Program-made: the position numbers and the translations under genes
The notes under the pieces: generated by a model
Databases searched by the model: none
Seen by the model: the letters and a program-made list of their open reading frames with translations, nothing else
What the model was told of the DNA's origin: nothing
NCBI GenBank assembly: GCA_965202585.1
Contig: OZ241832.1
Span: 45,508,001 to 45,572,000, forward strand
DNA length: 64,000 nt
From: Thalia democratica
Lineage: Eukaryota
Direction: 5' to 3'
Part shown: piece after piece, positions 1-10,952 of the stretch
How the letters are laid out: each line of letters opens with the position of its first letter
Position numbering within the stretch: the stretch's first letter is position 1

Positions 1-406
1 AATTTATTGTTTTTATTTAATATTAGTTTTACAAATTTAGACAAAATTTCAAACTTTTAATTTTATGTTAATATAAAACAAATACAATAAACTATGACAT
101 GATAACAATCCTAAATATTATACACAAGATATAAGTTTATAATTTAGTTTATTATAGTATGACCAGTTTTGTAGTCTTTTTTGAAAAAAAAAAATGTATT
201 ATTATAATTTTACAAAAAAATTAAAGACTAATGAAGTATGTATGTAAACTGCTAAATAATTGCAACTTAAAAAAAAGCTTATGAGGTCTTTTACTCTAAG
301 ATAAAATAAAAAATTTGAAGTTTAATAGTAAAAAATAAAAAGTTCCAATATAGTTAATAGTTTTAATTAATTATAAAGTAAATGTTTAAATACAACCAAT
401 TCTAAC

Positions 407-445
407 CTCACTGTATTAATATTGTAAAATATTTTCCAAAGAGAC
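407..445 (-). CDS. PEX11G: PEX11G coding exon 3 (short)
   Basis: ttttag|GTCTCTTTGGAAAATA... continues phase 2 as K-S-L-W-K-I-F-Y-N; the donor is either AG|gttaga (407) or CA|gtgagg (412). Confidence 0.65.
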
Positions 446-3400
446 CTAAAATTCAAGAAAATTTTATAACTTTTGCTTTATAATGTTGGTAAGTAATCAA
501 ATGCTTAATAGTTATTTTATTTAAGCAAATAATCATAGAACTTATCAAAGTTAAAAAGTAAAATCAATAGCAATTTAGTTAATTATTTTTTAAAATAACA
601 TATAGTTTCGAAAACAAATAAATCTTTAAACAAAAGTTAGGGTTATAACTGAAAAATTGTATAGAAAATAAGAATTAAAGTTATAGATTCAAATGGTATT
701 TAAGATGCATAGTAATTTTGTTTTTTGTAATGGATTTTTTATTTTAATTTATATTCTAGAATTCTAGATGACTAATATTTTTGTAACTATAACTAATTTA
801 CAACCTTTTAAATTATAGATACAATTTATGCATGTTAACTATATAAAAAACACATACTTATCATCTTATATTTGAAGTAAATACTTTTTTATGACTCCCT
901 AGAACTGTGTTATTTACATAGAGAAACACCACTAGTTAATAATAAGTTTGGTACTTTTAATTTTTTTTTGATATATTTTGTATAAAAAAAAATATTTTGC
1001 TTGACCTTTTATTAGTAAACATTAATAACAGTTTATAATTATTAGATACTTAAATTTAAAATATTTCAAGTTAATTAAAATCCTTTTAATAGTATACACA
1101 ATCTTTAGCAGAACAAAAAAATTAATATTAGTTTAAATATCAAACAGAAATACTATAATAATCAGCAAAATATTAAAATAATCAGCAAAATATTAACTAA
1201 CTTAAGTATATCCATCACTAAACATATGATCCACGTTACTAAGGAAAGCAATAGCCAAGGGGTGGCATTCATACTTATTAACTTCTTTTCAGATGCCCAT
1301 GCCAGATGTTCAACTAAATAAAAAGCTTGTCCAAAAATATTTGAAATTATTTGAACAACACGTAGAAACAAGTGCTCCTAAATATTAAATGTAGGCATAA
1401 GTAATGAGAATAGCTAATTGAAACAAAATTATAGTTCTTAAAGTTTATAACAATAACTTAAACAAAAACTAAAAATTGAGAAATTTATACTCTTTAAATA
1501 AAATGTATCTTAATAATTGAAAAAAAAAAAAGAAGAACTAGCTAATACAATTAGTAAAAGCATCTTTCCCACTAAACTTTAAAAAACTTATTATTTCGTA
1601 AAATAAAACCTATAATATTTTTAGAAGTCAAATTTGTAAGAACTACCAATATTTATGAAAAATATTAAATTAAACTAAAAAATTAAACAACTTAAAAAAA
1701 AAAATATTTTTGTTAGGTATGTGTGTACTGAAAATAACACTATGAATATATTTTAAATAATTTTTTATAAAAAAAGTTAAATTAAAGTTTTAAAACTTTT
1801 ATCTAAGTTAAAAAATATTATACTATTTCGTACTTAACTTTGATCAATTTTTTTGAAGGATAATAATTTTTATACATATAATTTATATCAAATAAAAGTT
1901 AAAGGGACCAGAGAATTATACTTGGTGAGCTGTACAGTGACCACTAATAATTTTGAAGTTTTTTCCAGTTTTTCTAATCTTCTTCCAAGTTGTAAAAAGT
2001 AAAAATTTTATATCCCTTTTAAGTAGGAAGTTAAATCTAAGATAAAAACATTCTTACTAATTTGACATTACTAAATAGGCACTGTTATTCTTCTTTAAAT
2101 TCTTTCAGAGAGGCTTGACAAATGTTTTTGGCAAATTTTCTCCAGGATGTTAAAAATACACAATTTTTGGTCTGTTTTTAGTTTAAAGATAAGTTTAAGG
2201 TAAAAAGTGTGTTAAAAAGTATAAAAACATTGAAAAGATGCTGTAAAGCTACTATAAATGTGTTTTCTAATAAAATAATATATTGATTATGACAATTTTT
2301 TTTCATATAAATCATATAGTGTATGGTAGATTTTTTGTGTCAAATCAAAATTTTTCTACTTAACATTTAAAAATTGTTTAAAATTCCAGGTTTATTTTTT
2401 TCCAAATTTCTTAAATTCCAACCCTGTTTCTGAACTAAGTATATTTTTTAATGTCTACAAAAATATAGAAATTTCTAAAAACCAGTGGGCACCTTTTTTC
2501 CCATAAAAGTAGCCATTCCTTAGTATAACAGGTTTAAAGAGATTAAAAACTAACTGATCACCACCATTCAAAAATTTATTGTGATTAGTCTTATTTTTAA
2601 TAAAATGATTCTGTTAAGATTTCAATTCAGTAATGCATTGTTTCTAGATTATAGATGAATTTTACAAACTCTTAAGGTCTAGTCTTGAAATCATTACTTA
2701 CTACTTTATATGTTTATTAACTTTGTGAATAAGTAGCCTTAAAGTTTTTCAACTATATATTATTTTGTTAAAAAAAATCAGTACTTACTATACCTTTTTC
2801 AATGATAACAAACAATGAACTTTACAACAAGATCAACAACAACAGCATCCGAGACAATCCTACAACCGGTTTTGTCCTTATTAGGACTCATCAGCCAGGA
2901 ATAGTCAGAAAAAAGTACTGAAGTGACCGTTTATGGGTAAAATTTAAAAAAATGACACAGCTAAATCATTCACAGCCCAATGTCTCAGACATTGTCAGCT
3001 TTTTCAATGAAAATGTGATACAAAATCAAGCAGGAAATTCTCATCATGTCACTTCGCCATTGGTTTTTTTTTTTATAAACTTTTATTTTAATTCTTTTAA
3101 ACTACATATTTTTTTGACTCTTTTTAGTAGAATGACGAGTTAAGTAAAAAGTACTTTAAGTGTGTTATATAGTATATAGTTTTCTCTTAAAAATAAAAAC
3201 TAATTTTATATTATTCTTAACTATTCCTTATGTTATCTTAATTTTATTATTTTATTTATAAAATACTTGCTAAATACAAGTTTTTCAATCCTTTTTTTTT
3301 AAGTTATCAGTCTTACCTTTACTTGAAGCTTCAAGCTGCTGTTGCTGAGGAATAAATTCATTAAATAATAAATTAGACAATATTAGTGACCAAGTTTTTT

Positions 3401-4146
3401 TATTATGTATTTAGTTCAAGGTTTGTTTTTTCCTAAGTTTTTAAATTCTGGGTTTTTTCAGGCCAAGTGGCCATCCTGCAATCAGCTGTTTCAAATTAAG
3501 TTTGAACTATAAAATACTCACCTAATAAAACTAATCACTAACAGACTATAACTTAAAACAAACTACAAAACCTTTGATAGTATAAATAATTACTTAAATT
3601 AAATAATTTTTTTATGTAGACTTATTTCAATAGTTTTTCAGACATCTATCTTTCTATTCCTTTAACATAAACCAGGTAATCAAGAGCACAATGAGTTCAA
3701 TATCTAAAAGTATTACTGAATATCAGTAAATATTACTGTTCACCGTTCAAATCCTCCTGGTAGCTAGATTACTGGGACCTGCCAAAGCACCTGGCACTTT
3801 TTAGTCTATACTTAATAATATTTTGTTTAACATTTCAAAAAATAACTGCTTAGAATATCTATATGTGAATAATACAAAAATTAAAACATACCTGATTACT
3901 TCCTGTACCATACTTAAGACAATATGCGACCATTGATGAATCATCAAACAACCTTAAAACAACTCTGCAAGCATTTAGCTCAGAAACAACTAAAAATAGC
4001 TTATTAGCTATTAGTTTGTTTTTGTTTTCAATTAAACCACCTAAAAGTAAAGAACAATAACTTGTACACCTTATTACCTTGTCCCTTCCTCTATAGCTTT
4101 CGAGGTAATGGACATAATTTTTGAAAACTTTTTCAAATTTCATCAT
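407..4146 (-). CDS. PEX11G: Peroxisomal membrane protein 11 gamma; 5' part of gene (3 coding exons visible, 3' end off the left edge)
   Basis: Spliced translation MMKFEKVFKNYVHYLESYRGRDKVIRCTSYCSLLLGG...CRVVLRLFDDSSM...GTGSNQ|EHLFLRVVQIISNIFGQAFYLVEHLAWAS...LK|SLWKIF matches, from memory, the PEX11-gamma motifs LESYRGRD, CRxxLRLFDD, EHxAWA and SLW. Exons 3892-4146 (phase 0), 1202-1377 (phase 2), 407-445; all GT-AG. Confidence 0.9.
1202..1377 (-). CDS. PEX11G: PEX11G coding exon 2
   Basis: atatttag|GAGCAC...CTTAA|gttagt; encodes EHLFLRVVQ...EHLAWASEKK...WLLLSLVTWIICL (hydrophobic segment). Confidence 0.88.
2800..3000 (-). mobile_element. Hammerhead-bearing repeat family, copy A (in PEX11G intron 1)
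   Basis: 2926-3000 aligns to 7966-8040; 2810-2852 aligns to 63211-63253 (37/43); 2800-2825 resembles 8121-8146. Confidence 0.7.
2858..2900 (-). ncRNA. Hammerhead ribozyme-like motif, copy A (type I, degenerate: GAAA to AAAA, GUC to GUU)
   Basis: Minus strand reads UCCUGG CUGAUGA GUCC uaauaa GGAC AAAAC CG GUU GUAGGA. Stem II is intact, stem III is the palindrome ACCGGU, and stem I is UCCUG/UAGGA. Confidence 0.8.
3892..4146 (-). CDS. PEX11G: PEX11G coding exon 1
   Basis: ATG at 4146 or 4143; 255 nt; ends CAG|gtatgt; encodes LESYRGRDKVIR and CRVVLRLFDD. Confidence 0.9.
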
Positions 4147-5210
4147 GTACTTTCAAGTAAAAACTTTGAACTAAGTTACAAATTCTTATTTTTAATTTCC
4201 CTAATAAATAACTTTTTTCTAAAATGATTGGGATTAGGGAATTTGCCGAAAACCAAGTTAACCCAAAAAAAAAAAAAAAAAAATTCAAGCTAACTATAAG
4301 AAAGACAATGCACGTATCTTTGCATTCATCACAGTACAAAACATTTTTATTATTTAGTTATTCTGATGAAAAAAAATCTATGTTTTATAAAAGCAACTAA
4401 ATTAAAAAAAGAAAACATTAGTAAACTTTTTTTGGTAGAGTCTCTAGCTCTACTCTCTAATCTACTATAGTAGTGTATTTGATTGTATGTTTTATAATAA
4501 AAAACTACTACTAAGTAAGTAGTACTATACTAACCATAGGAATTGTAATTTACAGATATTTTTTGTTTGTTAAACTTTGGTTTTGTTTTGCTTAGTTTAT
4601 TCGATTTTAAATTTTTTTTTTATTTAATAAACTAGGTAATCATTAAATAGTTCTGTTACGTGATTTTTGTTTTGTTTCAGAATAAAAATAAAAATCGTCG
4701 GCAAGTTATGTATATAAGAAAAAATAGGAAATAGAAAAAGCCAAGAAATCTAAAACTTAAAGCACAAAAAGTTTAGAAAAAAAAAAGTTTACCTACAACG
4801 TTTATTTTAAAATATAAAACAATCAGACTTAAAGTTTAAGTAAAAATGTTTTTTTATGACACAAACTTAGCACAGTTTGTATAAAAAGTTTTTTTTAGCT
4901 TTTACTCAATTCAATAGATAAATAAACAAGTAATTTGTTTTTACGAAGATTGTATTTTTAATAATTTTAGTAATTTTGGCTATCTTTATGAAAACCGAGA
5001 AATTACGCTATTATTTAATAAACACAAGTGATTAGACTGCATCGCTAATCCATCAAATCAACAATAGTCCATGTAAATTGTTTATTAACGACAAAAAAAA
5101 CGCTTATAATTTTTTGTTTAAGGGCTTATTTATGCACAAAAAAGATGTTTAGTTATCGAGTCGTACACCACTTGGATAAAGTTAAACTTCTTGTCCTGGA
5201 CATGTAACAA

Positions 5211-5253
5211 TTTGCGTCCTAGTTTCGTCCTTATCGGGACTCATCAGGCAGAC
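5211..5253 (-). ncRNA. Hammerhead ribozyme-like motif, copy B (core intact, cleavage triplet GUC to GAC)
   Basis: Minus strand reads GUCUGC CUGAUGA GUCC cgauaa GGAC GAAAC UAG GAC GCAAA. Confidence 0.8.
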
Positions 5254-5508
5254 AGAGTCACAATAAATTGCTCTATCAGTGAAAACTAAATGTGCTTAGT
5301 ACTTTCTTAGTACTTTTGAACTTAAACTTTGTTTTTAAGTACAGCCAAAAAACTGACGCGACCAAACTGTTCAAAATTTAACGTTTTAGACATTGTCAGT
5401 TTCAATGTTATATTATAGTTTACGCCTAATTGTTTAACGAACTAGTAGTTATTTCGGCTATCTGTAGAAAAACGGAGATTTTACACCAACCATCATTTCA
5501 ATAAAAAG

Positions 5509-5560
5509 CACGAAACCAGGTCGCAGATTGTAACACTGACTGTTGTTGATTGTCGAGCGA
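5509..5560 (+). mobile_element. 3' half of hammerhead motif plus downstream arm, copy D (opposite orientation to B)
   Basis: Plus strand reads ACGAAAC CAG GTC GCAGATTGT...CTGTTGTTGATT. This matches the GAAAC-stem III-GUC-stem I 3' strand and the downstream arm of copies A and C; the CUGAUGA half is missing. Confidence 0.6.
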
Positions 5561-6467
5561 TGTAGATTAGTTCTGATTGTGTTTTTGATAATAAGAAGTA
5601 AAGTTATATTGCTTGATAAAAACAAATAAAAACTAACTAAACTATATTTAAGACATCAGACGTTTTTTTCCAAAAAAATACATTTGGATACAAGTTTTTA
5701 CGATAAAAGTAGTAAGTAGTATTTTTAAATTTCATTATAACTAGATTTTATTATAAAATTATGGTGTACTAAGTATAATTTTATCAATTTTTATCTATGA
5801 AACGGTTTTTTTTTTACAATTTTTAATGTAAAATTAAGACTGTATCAAAAAGTAACGTATTTTTGATAGGAAATTGTTGGTACTTATAGGTCATTTAATT
5901 TTTTTCAAAAATACTTTAATTTTGTTTGTGGAAATTAATTATTACTTCAGTTTACCAAAATATATTCTTAAAAGATTAATTTTAATGATAATATTTAGTC
6001 TGACGAAGACTTAAAGCAAAAACTTTAAAGTTAGAACCATATGTTAACTACTTTTTTGTTTAAATCATTAATATAATTTACTTATTTTGTACATAACGTA
6101 TAAAGCACTATAATAGAAACATTAATTTAAACAATGTAATATGGTCTTATTTATTTTCTTTATACTTTAAACCAAATTTATCAAAAACACTTTTGCTCAC
6201 TAATGTTATTATAATCCTAATGATACCAGCAAAAAATGTTAAAAGTTAGTATTGGCCGTTATGAGATAGTATCAAAACAAAACGTTGTTGCTGTAATTTT
6301 ACTCTTTTATTGCATCAGTTAGGAAAATTTTCAGCTGTTGTCCTAAAGTAATTACAATAAAAAAAGCAACTGTGATTTAATGTAAAATGAGAGTAGCTTA
6401 AATCTAACTCACATCTAGTACACCCTCTGTTTTTTAAAATACAAACTTTAGTTATTAGCCTTTAAAC

Positions 6468-6897
6468 CAGGGTTTCCCAAACTTTTTTGCAAAAGGCACT
6501 CTAAACAGAAATTTAAAAAAAAAAAACTATGGACCCCTCTGAAGATAACTCAAAAAACTACTATTAAAAACACCTAAGATTTTTTTTTTTCTTTATCTTT
6601 AAGTCCAGAATATCTAGTGTAAGAGTTTCAAAACTACCATTAACAATACCTATGACCTTTTTTTGGCTCTTCATCATCAAGTTCAGAATTTCTAGTGTAA
6701 GTTTCAAAACAACCATTAAAAACACTTAAGACCTTTTGTTTTGCTCTTCATTTTCAGGTCCAGAATATCTAGTGCAAGTTTCAAATTACGACCTCATGGC
6801 AACTCTGCGGCCCCTTTACAGCTCATGGCCCTTCGTTTGGCCCCTTTGCTCCTCATTGCTTCCGTGGGGGCCACTTGACCCTCTTTAGGAAACCCTG
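6468..6897. mobile_element. Non-autonomous hAT-type MITE (430 bp)
   Basis: TIRs CAGGGTTTCCCAAA / revcomp CAGGGTTTCCTAAA; 8-bp TSD ctttaaac / ctttagac (7/8); internal ~75-bp tandem repeat x2.3 at about 6602-6785. Confidence 0.8.
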
Positions 6898-7841
6898 CTT
6901 TAGACTTACCAGGCCATACAATTAGTTATAAACTTTTGTAATATAAAAAAGTAACGTGGATAATAATATTTATTTTAATATTTTAGGTTCTGAGTGAAAA
7001 ACTCTCTGTCTGTATTTAACAATAAGTATAAACTTTGTAATATTGTCCAAAGTAATTTACTTTGTAAATATAATGTTTTTGTTTATAAGTATCCAATCAG
7101 TTGTTTCTTTGTTTTTACAAAAAATTTTAAGCAAAACAACTTGTTAAAGAAAACTTTAGTGAAGTTTTTTAAACAAAGTGCTTCAAAATATTCTAACACA
7201 AAAAATTAGATAAATGCTCAATAAGTTTATATTAAAATTCAAAATATTTGTATTTTGTTAGTAAATAAAGTTAAACTTTTATCTCCTAGTAATCTAACTT
7301 AAGCATTAAAAAAAATCTTATTACTTATTATTTATAAGATGTTTGCTTCTTACAAGTTTTACTAAAAAGCTTTTAGAAAAAAATAACCAACTAGCAAATA
7401 AATAGTCGTGTTTTTATAAATAGTTTTTAAGAATAAAACTAGAAAAAAACTTGTTCCTTTTTTATATTGCAGTAAAGTATGCTTTTTACTGTGTTTTCGT
7501 CATATCAATTAAATATAGATTAGTTATGTATTGAACCTCTATTCTAAAACGGTATCAGCAAGAGAGCAACAGCGTAGTTGGTTTGTCGAAAAAAAAAACT
7601 TATACTAAAGTAGAAAGAACAAAGTACCTAAAAAACAATTGTTGATCACTAAAAGTTTTATGTAGTAGCTACTGACATGCAAAAGTTAATACGTAAATTT
7701 ATGTCGAAGTTAATAAAAGCTAGCTTTTCATAAGTTTATGAATTAGAAAATTTAAGAAGTAAAACAGAAATCGATTTTGGAGTTTTTTGTTTAAAATTCA
7801 AGTATTTAAAAATGAAAAAACTTTTCATTACGAATATAAAT

Positions 7842-8149
7842 AACTTTACCACACAACAATCTACGACCGGTTTCGTCCTTATTAGGACTTTTCAGGCAAG
7901 CATAGACGCGAGAAACCGCTGTTGCGGTATAACCAAGCGGGCTCAAGTGGATATGCTCTGAAGCGACCGCTTGTGGGTAAAGTCAAAAAAATTGACGCTG
8001 TCAAATCGTTTACAGCCAAACGTCTTAGAAATTGTCAGCTTATTGTGACTACCCTCGTTTGATCAGTTTTAAACATTATTTATTACGGCCACCATCAAAA
8101 AAGGTGAGATGTTTCGTACCATCAATGATAAATGATGAACTTTACCACA
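7842..8149 (-). mobile_element. Hammerhead-bearing repeat, copy C: one 296-nt monomer plus the start of the next
   Basis: aactttaccaca occurs at 7842 and again at 8138. The sequence preceding 8138 (tcaatgataaatgatgaactttac) matches the sequence preceding copy A (tcaatgataacaaacaatgaactttac). Confidence 0.6.
7859..7901 (-). ncRNA. Hammerhead ribozyme-like motif, copy C (CUGAUGA to CUGAAAA, remainder canonical)
   Basis: Minus strand reads GCUUGC CUGAAAA GUCC uaauaa GGAC GAAAC CG GUC GUAGAU. Confidence 0.8.
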
Positions 8150-8344
8150 TGACTGTTAATAAGTATTTTTATCTTTAGTAGTAATTACTTGTGATAAAAA
8201 CTTTCTACTAATCACAGACTGTGCTGTCACAAAATTGCCGGTAACAATTACTTGAAATATTAATACTTATCAAACGTAACATTGACAATGTTGTCATATT
8301 GCCTGAGAATAAGGTAATAGCAGGTGGTATTTATACTATACTTT

Positions 8345-8521
8345 TTATCTGAATTTGTTGAAAGATTTAAGGCCACATTTGAGAAGGCTAAATTATTATG
8401 TATAGTCTTACTAACCCTAGGTTAAGCATTTGATAACGTTGATATAGGGATTTGGCTAAAACATATATTTTTATCGTATAAGAGCAAAAAAGTCTTTGTT
8501 GCTAGAATTTTATGTAGCTGA
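8345..8521 (+). pseudogene. Decayed non-LTR (CR1/L2/Jockey-like) reverse transcriptase fragment
   Basis: One frame reads LSEFVERFKATFEKAKLLCIVLLTLG*AFDNVDIGIWLKHIFLSYKSKKVFV. This resembles the RT motif ALDxGKxxxxVFLDLSKAFDTVD followed by a SYLxxRxQxV-like stretch; it has an in-frame stop. Confidence 0.5.
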
Positions 8522-10952
8522 TCTGAAAGGAAAGAAGTTTCAAATTTTGTTTGTATGAAATTATCAGTAAAAACATTTATGAAAATTTTCTACTATATAG
8601 GTGAAAATAATAATAAAATGCATTAATATTTTAGTTTTAAAGTAATGGTTTTAGCTGATTTTATTGCTCCAATTAACATGTTTTTATACGCAACATAAAT
8701 AAAAACATAAATTTACATGACAAGGACAGTTTTATGATGGACAAAAGTTTCTAAAATGTTTATAACAAACAAACATAAATTAAAAACTAATAAAAAAATT
8801 ATATTTTTAACAATTAAACACAAATTGTTAAAAAATACACTAATTTGGTAATAAGGTAGTCAAAAAAATTAAAAAAAAGTTTATCACGTGCATCAACTTT
8901 TTAGTTCTTAGTTTTGAAAATTTACTAATTCTATATTGGGCTAAACCATAGGTAATGAATCATAATTGTAGTAAATGATATCTTTCTACTTTAAATTTTC
9001 CTATACTTTTTGGTTACACTACTATTCAAATTACGACAATTTTTATTCTGAAAATTATAAAAGCTTCTTAGTATAAATAGTATGCAGCTAGGCTGATTTT
9101 TTTTTAGATAATAGTTAGATAGCTTGTGATAATTTACAAAACTAAAACTAATTTAAAACCATTATAAATACTGTTTTAATTCGTAAAAAAATATTTAGAA
9201 AGAAGTATTTCGTTTGTTAAAAAAATTTTTGTTTGACCAAAAAAGTGTGTAGGGAAATATAATAAAACAATCTAAATTAAAATTTTATTATATTTCTCCT
9301 TAACTATAAATTTTCGAGCAGAGCTTAAAACTTTTAGCAAACGAAAGTTTCTTTCAAATTTTTCGTTATAAAATTTAGGCCGTTTTTTCAATAGCCTTTA
9401 ATCAATTTTTACTTAGCAAAAGCTTTTAAGAGACCACATGTATAAAATTTTAAAATGTAAATTTAATTAAAGCAATTAGATTTAAAAATAATGTTAAAAG
9501 CACCTGTAGATCTAATTAACATGAACATGATAGTAAAACTTATTTTAATGGAAAATTCATAATAGCAAAAAACAGCCATATTTTAGTAAGTTTTAAAACT
9601 TCTTTTAGTAAAATCTCAAAAAACAAATTGAATTTAAAAAAAAGCTCATGTAGGTCTAAATGATATAATTATGAGACAAAAAGTAATACATTAACACAGA
9701 AAAATTCACAATAATCAAGAATACCTAAAGTTTTAGTGGTTTTAGTTTGAGTTGTTGGAAATAAAGTAGTTTAGTCTACTTGTAGCTAAACTAGTAGTTT
9801 TATAAATCTTGTCGGAATATTTTGAAACTATATTTTTATTATTCTAAAAACACAAACTTAGTGAGGGTAAATATATTTACTTTAGTGTAATTCATGGATA
9901 AGTTACTTTTTTATGTAGACTATGAAACCGTTAAGGTAAATTTTTTAGTTTTATACGGCTTTGAGTATACAGTTTATTCTAAGTTATAAAAAAGACAATT
10001 AACCCTTGAACGTGGATTTAAAAAAAAAAATGTAATAAAAAAGACAAAAGATTTAAACAAAACCTAATCGTACAATGAACTAATACAAAAACAAATTTAT
10101 ACAGAAAAAATTGTTACAAAGAAGAAGTTTAATGATAATGATTTAAAAAATTAACACTTAAAAATTTTTGTAAATGGAACGGGCGTATAGAAAGAGTTTT
10201 CGGTCATGGAACTACACAGTAACTACTTACTTTATCTATTTTGTGATACAAAACAAAGAAAAAAAGTATTATTTAAAGTTATAAATTTGTACTTTTACCA
10301 AAGTAAAAAAAGATAAGAAGAGACATACATGAAAAAAGAAACAATAGACAACATGATATTTTACACAGAATAACTTAACAAGAAAAATATATGGTAGTTA
10401 AGAGGTAGATTAAATTTGGCCTATCAACTTTTGTTTTTACTGTATATATCAGTTAATATATACTTATACCTCTGTACTTAATTATAAAAAAATTTTAAAA
10501 ACCATTATAAAAAACTCACTTATTTCTTAAAACAAAAAGACTTAGAAAAAGATAGTTCTTTTGTTAATTTTATTTTATTCTGTTGAAAAACACATTTTCA
10601 AACAAAAATAGTAATTTAGTAATTAAGATATGTTAAGGCTGAATCAGAGATACTTAAAGTATGGTGAGAACCCAAACTCTGTCAGATTTACAGGTAAAAC
10701 ATATCTAAATTAAATATATTTCTTTATAAGTATTATTATTTAAGCAAAAAAAAAGTCTTCTCGGGACAAAGGTTTTCTAAAATATAATAACTATTACAAA
10801 GTTACTACTTAATACCAAAAATGTTTTAAAATAAGAAACAAAAGTCCACTAGCAATAAGTGATTACTAAATTAAGAGCATAATTATAATTTTTTATTTCA
10901 AAATAATTTCTTTTTACAGTTTAAAAAGTTATTGTTTTACTTAAAAATTAAC

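Noticed and set aside
1157-1195. Tandem duplication of ataatcagcaaaatattaa near the PEX11G exon 2 donor
   Set aside because: It is an intronic 19-bp slippage duplication that does not alter the donor.
6000-6030. CTGACGA...CAAAAAC, a hammerhead-like word
   Set aside because: No convincing stem II, GAAA or GUH, and no family flanks.
9900-10700. Isolated plus-strand AG...GT micro-exon-like segments (about 9920-9940 and 10637-10693)
   Set aside because: They could not be joined into a coherent ORF or a recognisable protein.
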